Origin: an uncultured archaeon
GTDB lineage: Archaea > Asgardarchaeota > Jordiarchaeia > Jordiarchaeales > Jordiarchaeaceae
NCBI GenBank assembly: GCA_964510585.1
Contig: CAZECW010000052.1
Location: 1-9,485, forward strand
Direction: 5' to 3'
Length of the DNA: 9,485 nt
In this document: piece by piece, positions 6,614-9,485 of the stretch
Layout: each line of letters starts with the position of its first letter
Numbering within the stretch: position 1 is the stretch's first letter
Translations under genes and position numbers: made by a program
The notes under the pieces: generated by a model
What the model was told of the DNA's origin: nothing
The model's input: only the letters and a program-made list of their open reading frames with translations
Database searches by the model: none

Positions 6614-7672
6614 ATGCTTAAAATACTTAAAGTGAGAAACTATAAAAGTTTAAAGGAAGTTGATATCAAACTCGGAAAGTTTAACGCTCTAATTGGACTA
6701 AACGCATCAGGGAAGAGCAACATTATTGATTGCCTAGCCTTCCTTTCTGAGAGCTTGCAAACCTACTATGATTTAACGCCTATTTTGGAAAAAGGGGGGG
6801 ATTCCAGCACTTGGTATTTCAGGGAGAGGGAGAAGTTATATTAAGTGCGACCTTCCAAAAGAACAATCAAGAAGCTGAATACTACCTGAAATGTGTTGGG
6901 AAAAATATAGAGGAGAGATATCTTAAAGTTGATGGAGAAAAGATAATTCAGGAAGAACGAGGAAAAGGTAAATATATTTCCAGAGAAGGCAAGGAAAAAG
7001 AATTCGATGTAGGGTGGGAGGGGTTGATAGGCAAAATTTCAGACGACTATGCTCTGAGACATGGCCAGATGGAGATTTTACAGCTTTATGGTTCCAAAAA
7101 TTAGGAGCGAGATTTCAGCAAAGAAGCAGCTTATTCTTGATAGTGATGGTGGTAACTTGGCTCAAGTTCTTTTGTCCCTGAGAACGGAGAGGCCAAAAAC
7201 ATTCACAAAAATTGAGGATATTTTGAAACTTGCCGTTCCGGAAGTGGAAGAGCTCTTGACTCCCCTTACCGAGACAGGAAACACCTTCGTTGCGGTTAGA
7301 GAGAAGGGATTCAAAAACCCATTTGACTACCGTCAACTGTCAGACGGAACCCTACGCCTACTGGCATATATAACTGCACTCAATCTTGACGTAGACCTGA
7401 TTTGTTTTGAGGAGCCTGAAAACTTTGTACACCCCAAACTTTTGAGGCTTCTTGCTGAAATTCTTAAGAAAAGCGACAAACAAATAATACTCTCAACACA
7501 TTCACCCTACTTCTTAGACCAATTAGAGCCCGAAGACTTGATAATCGTTGAGAAGGAAGATGGAAAAACTAAACTTAGAAAAATAGAAGAGGAAAAGGAG
7601 AAAAAAGAATTAAAAACGCTTCTTGAAGAAGGGATACCCCTCGGAGAAGCATACTACAGCGGTGCCATATGA
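6614..7672 (+). pseudogene. ABC-type/AAA_21 family ATPase (about 352 aa reconstructed), interrupted by two frameshifts
   Basis: Segment 1 has VRNYKSL and Walker A LIGLNASGKSN. After the G7 run (6794-6800) the protein-like reading continues in the -1 frame (GFQHLVFQGEGEV...ALR). At about 7057-7061 it returns to the first frame (MARWRFYSF...DGGNLAQVL, signature LSDGT, Walker B LICFEEPEN, HP, H-loop STHS). This covers ORF-track pieces 6605..6844, 6811..7104 and 7061..7672. Confidence 0.85.
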
Positions 7673-8196
7673 AAATCGGACTAATTGTAGAAGACAGATA
7701 TGCAGATGCCATAAAGAATATTTGCAGAAGGATCGGCATAAGTGCGGAAATTAGACAACAGAGAGGGAGAATAAATGTTACAAAGGCGTCAAGCTACACG
7801 AAGACGCTTCTTGACAGTTGCAAAAAGGTAATAATTCTCCCCGACGCCCATTGCAACCCAGAAAAAGAAAGAGGAGGAGTTAACGAAGTTTACAAGAGGC
7901 TCCCTGAGGAGTTAAAATGTAGAGTGAAAATTTGTGTAATTGTCCACGAATTAGAATCCTGGCTCCTTTCTGATGAGAACTCACTACCCAACTACCTGAA
8001 ATATAGTGTAAAGGAGGTAAAAAATCCTGAAGACATCTGCGACGCTAAAGGATATCTGGAACAAATTTTTAGAAAAGCAGGAAGAACATACCTTACAAGT
8101 ATGGCAGAGGGAATAGCTGCTCAAATGGATTTAAGTAAGGTCTCTGAAAAATGCCAATCTTTTAGAAACTTTGTAAAGGGGGTAAAAGATTGCTGA
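7669..8196 (+). CDS. DUF4276-like / TOPRIM-like putative nuclease partner of the ATPase, 175 aa
   Basis: ATGA overlap with the ATPase stop. It has the N-terminal strand and acid IGLIVED, a second strand VIILPDAH, the HELESWLLSD motif, NPEDI...K..L, and C-terminal SFRNF. This is the pattern of the DUF4276 proteins that follow AAA_21 ATPases. Confidence 0.7.
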   Translation: MKIGLIVEDRYADAIKNICRRIGISAEIRQQRGRINVTKASSYTKTLLDSCKKVIILPDAHCNPEKERGGVNEVYKRLPEELKCRVKICVIVHELESWLLSDENSLPNYLKYSVKEVKNPEDICDAKGYLEQIFRKAGRTYLTSMAEGIAAQMDLSKVSEKCQSFRNFVKGVKDC

Positions 8197-8284
8197 TACT
8201 CACACAAGGATTCATTTTCTAATAATACATACAATACTTTAAATGAGCTATGACTTGGCAGCTACAAGGTTCCATTCGATTTAA

Positions 8285-8473
8285 TCGAAGTCACCGAAAC
8301 TTTTTCAGATTAAAGACAAGCTGCTTTCCTTCCTATTAATCAATGAAATTCGAGGAATGCTTGAAAAAGTGTGTCGAAACAGATACAAGTGAAAACTGCT
8401 GGGGCCACTTGTCGGAAGACTCCCTGAAAATCTAATAAAAGCTCTAGATGTATTGAAAAGGAAAACAAAGTAA
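8285..8473 (+). pseudogene. Possible degraded gene remnant
   Basis: One frame reads SKSPKLFQIKDKLLSFLLINEIRGMLEKVCRNRYK*KLLGPLVGRLPENLIKALDVLKRKTK* with a single internal TGA (8390-8392). The composition is protein-like but no family was recognised. Confidence 0.2.
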
Positions 8474-8629
8474 GTTACTCCTTGCTTGTGAAAAAACTTT
8501 GGGTTCTCCCACTTTCTGAGACGCTTTTAGCGTGAAGAGATTTTACATGAAGCGGGATAAATAGCCCCAATTTTGAAACTTTTTCTTTTCCAATTTAAAG
8601 GGAAGAGGAAATAATGCGGATTTAATTTT

Positions 8630-9484
8630 TCAGCTATGCTTTTTTCGCTTTTTCTTATTGATTGTTTTTTTCTCTGCTCTCTGTTGTTCCCTGCATTTCT
8701 TTATGAGTCTCTGGATTTCTTTGTCCTGTGAAATTATGTCGCCCATCTGGCTTTTTTTATTGTTGATTAGTTTCAGGATTAGTTTTGCGTTTTCTTTGTT
8801 TTGTTCCGCAATGCTTCCAAGAGCCCAGCTCACCATGTAGTTGAGGTATTCGTTTTCTGAGAGGAGGTCCACTAGTTGTGGAATGTATTTGGAAAAGTCT
8901 GCAAATTCTGCCAGGACAACAATGCAGTAAAGTGCAGCGTGCTGGACTGGTTCCTTATAGTATCTTGACTCTTCATAGCCGTGGTCATATTTTTGGGTGT
9001 AGCCGTGGTCGGACAGGGCTAGTTCAACTGTTACCTGTACTATTTCGTCCATTTGGCTTTCTTTCTTCAAAATTTTTTTGTATTTTTTTCTTATATCGTA
9101 GGGTACATGTACAATATCAATTACCGCCGCATCCTCTGTGGAGTAACTAACGATGTTTCTTAGAGTTTCCAGCCTAACAACTGGATCCTTATGTTTTAGT
9201 AGTTTGCTGATTCCTTTCCAGTCCCTATTGTTGATGAAGTGTAGGACTAGTGAGTCAACAATATACTTTTTAATTTGCCATACTGGAGATAGGCTTTCGA
9301 CAATTTCGATGAACTCCCCAATTATCGCTTCGTAGCGTGTCTTGAGTTCGTTTAGTTCTCGACCCGCCAGTTCAACTATTGTCTCCCTCCCCTCTTCAAC
9401 GGGCTCGTTGGGATGGGGATATGTTCCCTCAAGGAATGCTTTTCTAAGTTTACCAAGTGGCTGCGGGACGGTTCCAGGTGTTTC
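8630..9484 (-). CDS. HEAT/ARM-repeat protein, 5' end beyond the window (at least 284 aa)
   Basis: The frame of ORF 8630..9070 stays open to 9484 with no in-frame ATG, GTG or TTG above 9070, which is why the track truncates it. HEAT-like units are ISKLLKHKDPVVRLETLRNI and YIPQLVDLLSENEYLNYMVSWALGSIA. It ends in a basic tail KKTINKKKRKKHS. Confidence 0.75.
   Translation of the reverse strand, partial: ETPGTVPQPLGKLRKAFLEGTYPHPNEPVEEGRETIVELAGRELNELKTRYEAIIGEFIEIVESLSPVWQIKKYIVDSLVLHFINNRDWKGISKLLKHKDPVVRLETLRNIVSYSTEDAAVIDIVHVPYDIRKKYKKILKKESQMDEIVQVTVELALSDHGYTQKYDHGYEESRYYKEPVQHAALYCIVVLAEFADFSKYIPQLVDLLSENEYLNYMVSWALGSIAEQNKENAKLILKLINNKKSQMGDIISQDKEIQRLIKKCREQQRAEKKTINKKKRKKHS
8976..9010. 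repeat. 11-bp direct repeat with a 24-nt period inside the HEAT gene
   Basis: TAGCCGTGGTC at 8976-8986 and 9000-9010, encoding DHGY twice (DHGYTQKYDHGYEE). Confidence 0.7.
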
Positions 9485-9485
9485 T

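Noticed and set aside
1-9485. CRISPR array, tRNA or rRNA
   Set aside because: No regularly spaced 24-47 bp repeats, cloverleaf or rRNA-like conserved blocks were seen by eye. A tRNAscan-SE or Infernal run would be needed to exclude small RNAs in the intergenic gaps.

Overview
Archaeal DNA, judged from a TTTATAAA TATA box and GGAGGTGA-type ribosome-binding sites. A Rab-like small GTPase and a HEAT-repeat protein suggest an Asgard-type host (inference). From left to right: (1) the 3' part of a Rab/Ras-like GTPase, broken by a frameshift at its G3 motif and with a degenerate G4; (2) a 152-bp MITE (587-738) with perfect 17-bp terminal inverted repeats and a perfect 10-bp target-site duplication, about 100 bp upstream of the next promoter and invisible in the ORF track; (3) an intact three-gene acetone-carboxylase-like operon (acxA beta, acxB alpha, acxC gamma) whose metal ligands are kept but whose neighbouring active-site residues and gamma-subunit zinc site are altered; (4) an AT-richer two-gene module of an ABC/AAA_21-type ATPase, split by two opposite frameshifts (one in a G7 tract), coupled by ATGA overlap to an intact DUF4276/TOPRIM-like gene, resembling PARIS/AbiL-type defence pairs; (5) a minus-strand HEAT-repeat gene running in from the right edge, about twice as long as the ORF track shows. 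No rRNA, tRNA or CRISPR array was seen. Family assignments come from motifs and from reference sequences recalled from memory, not from database searches.
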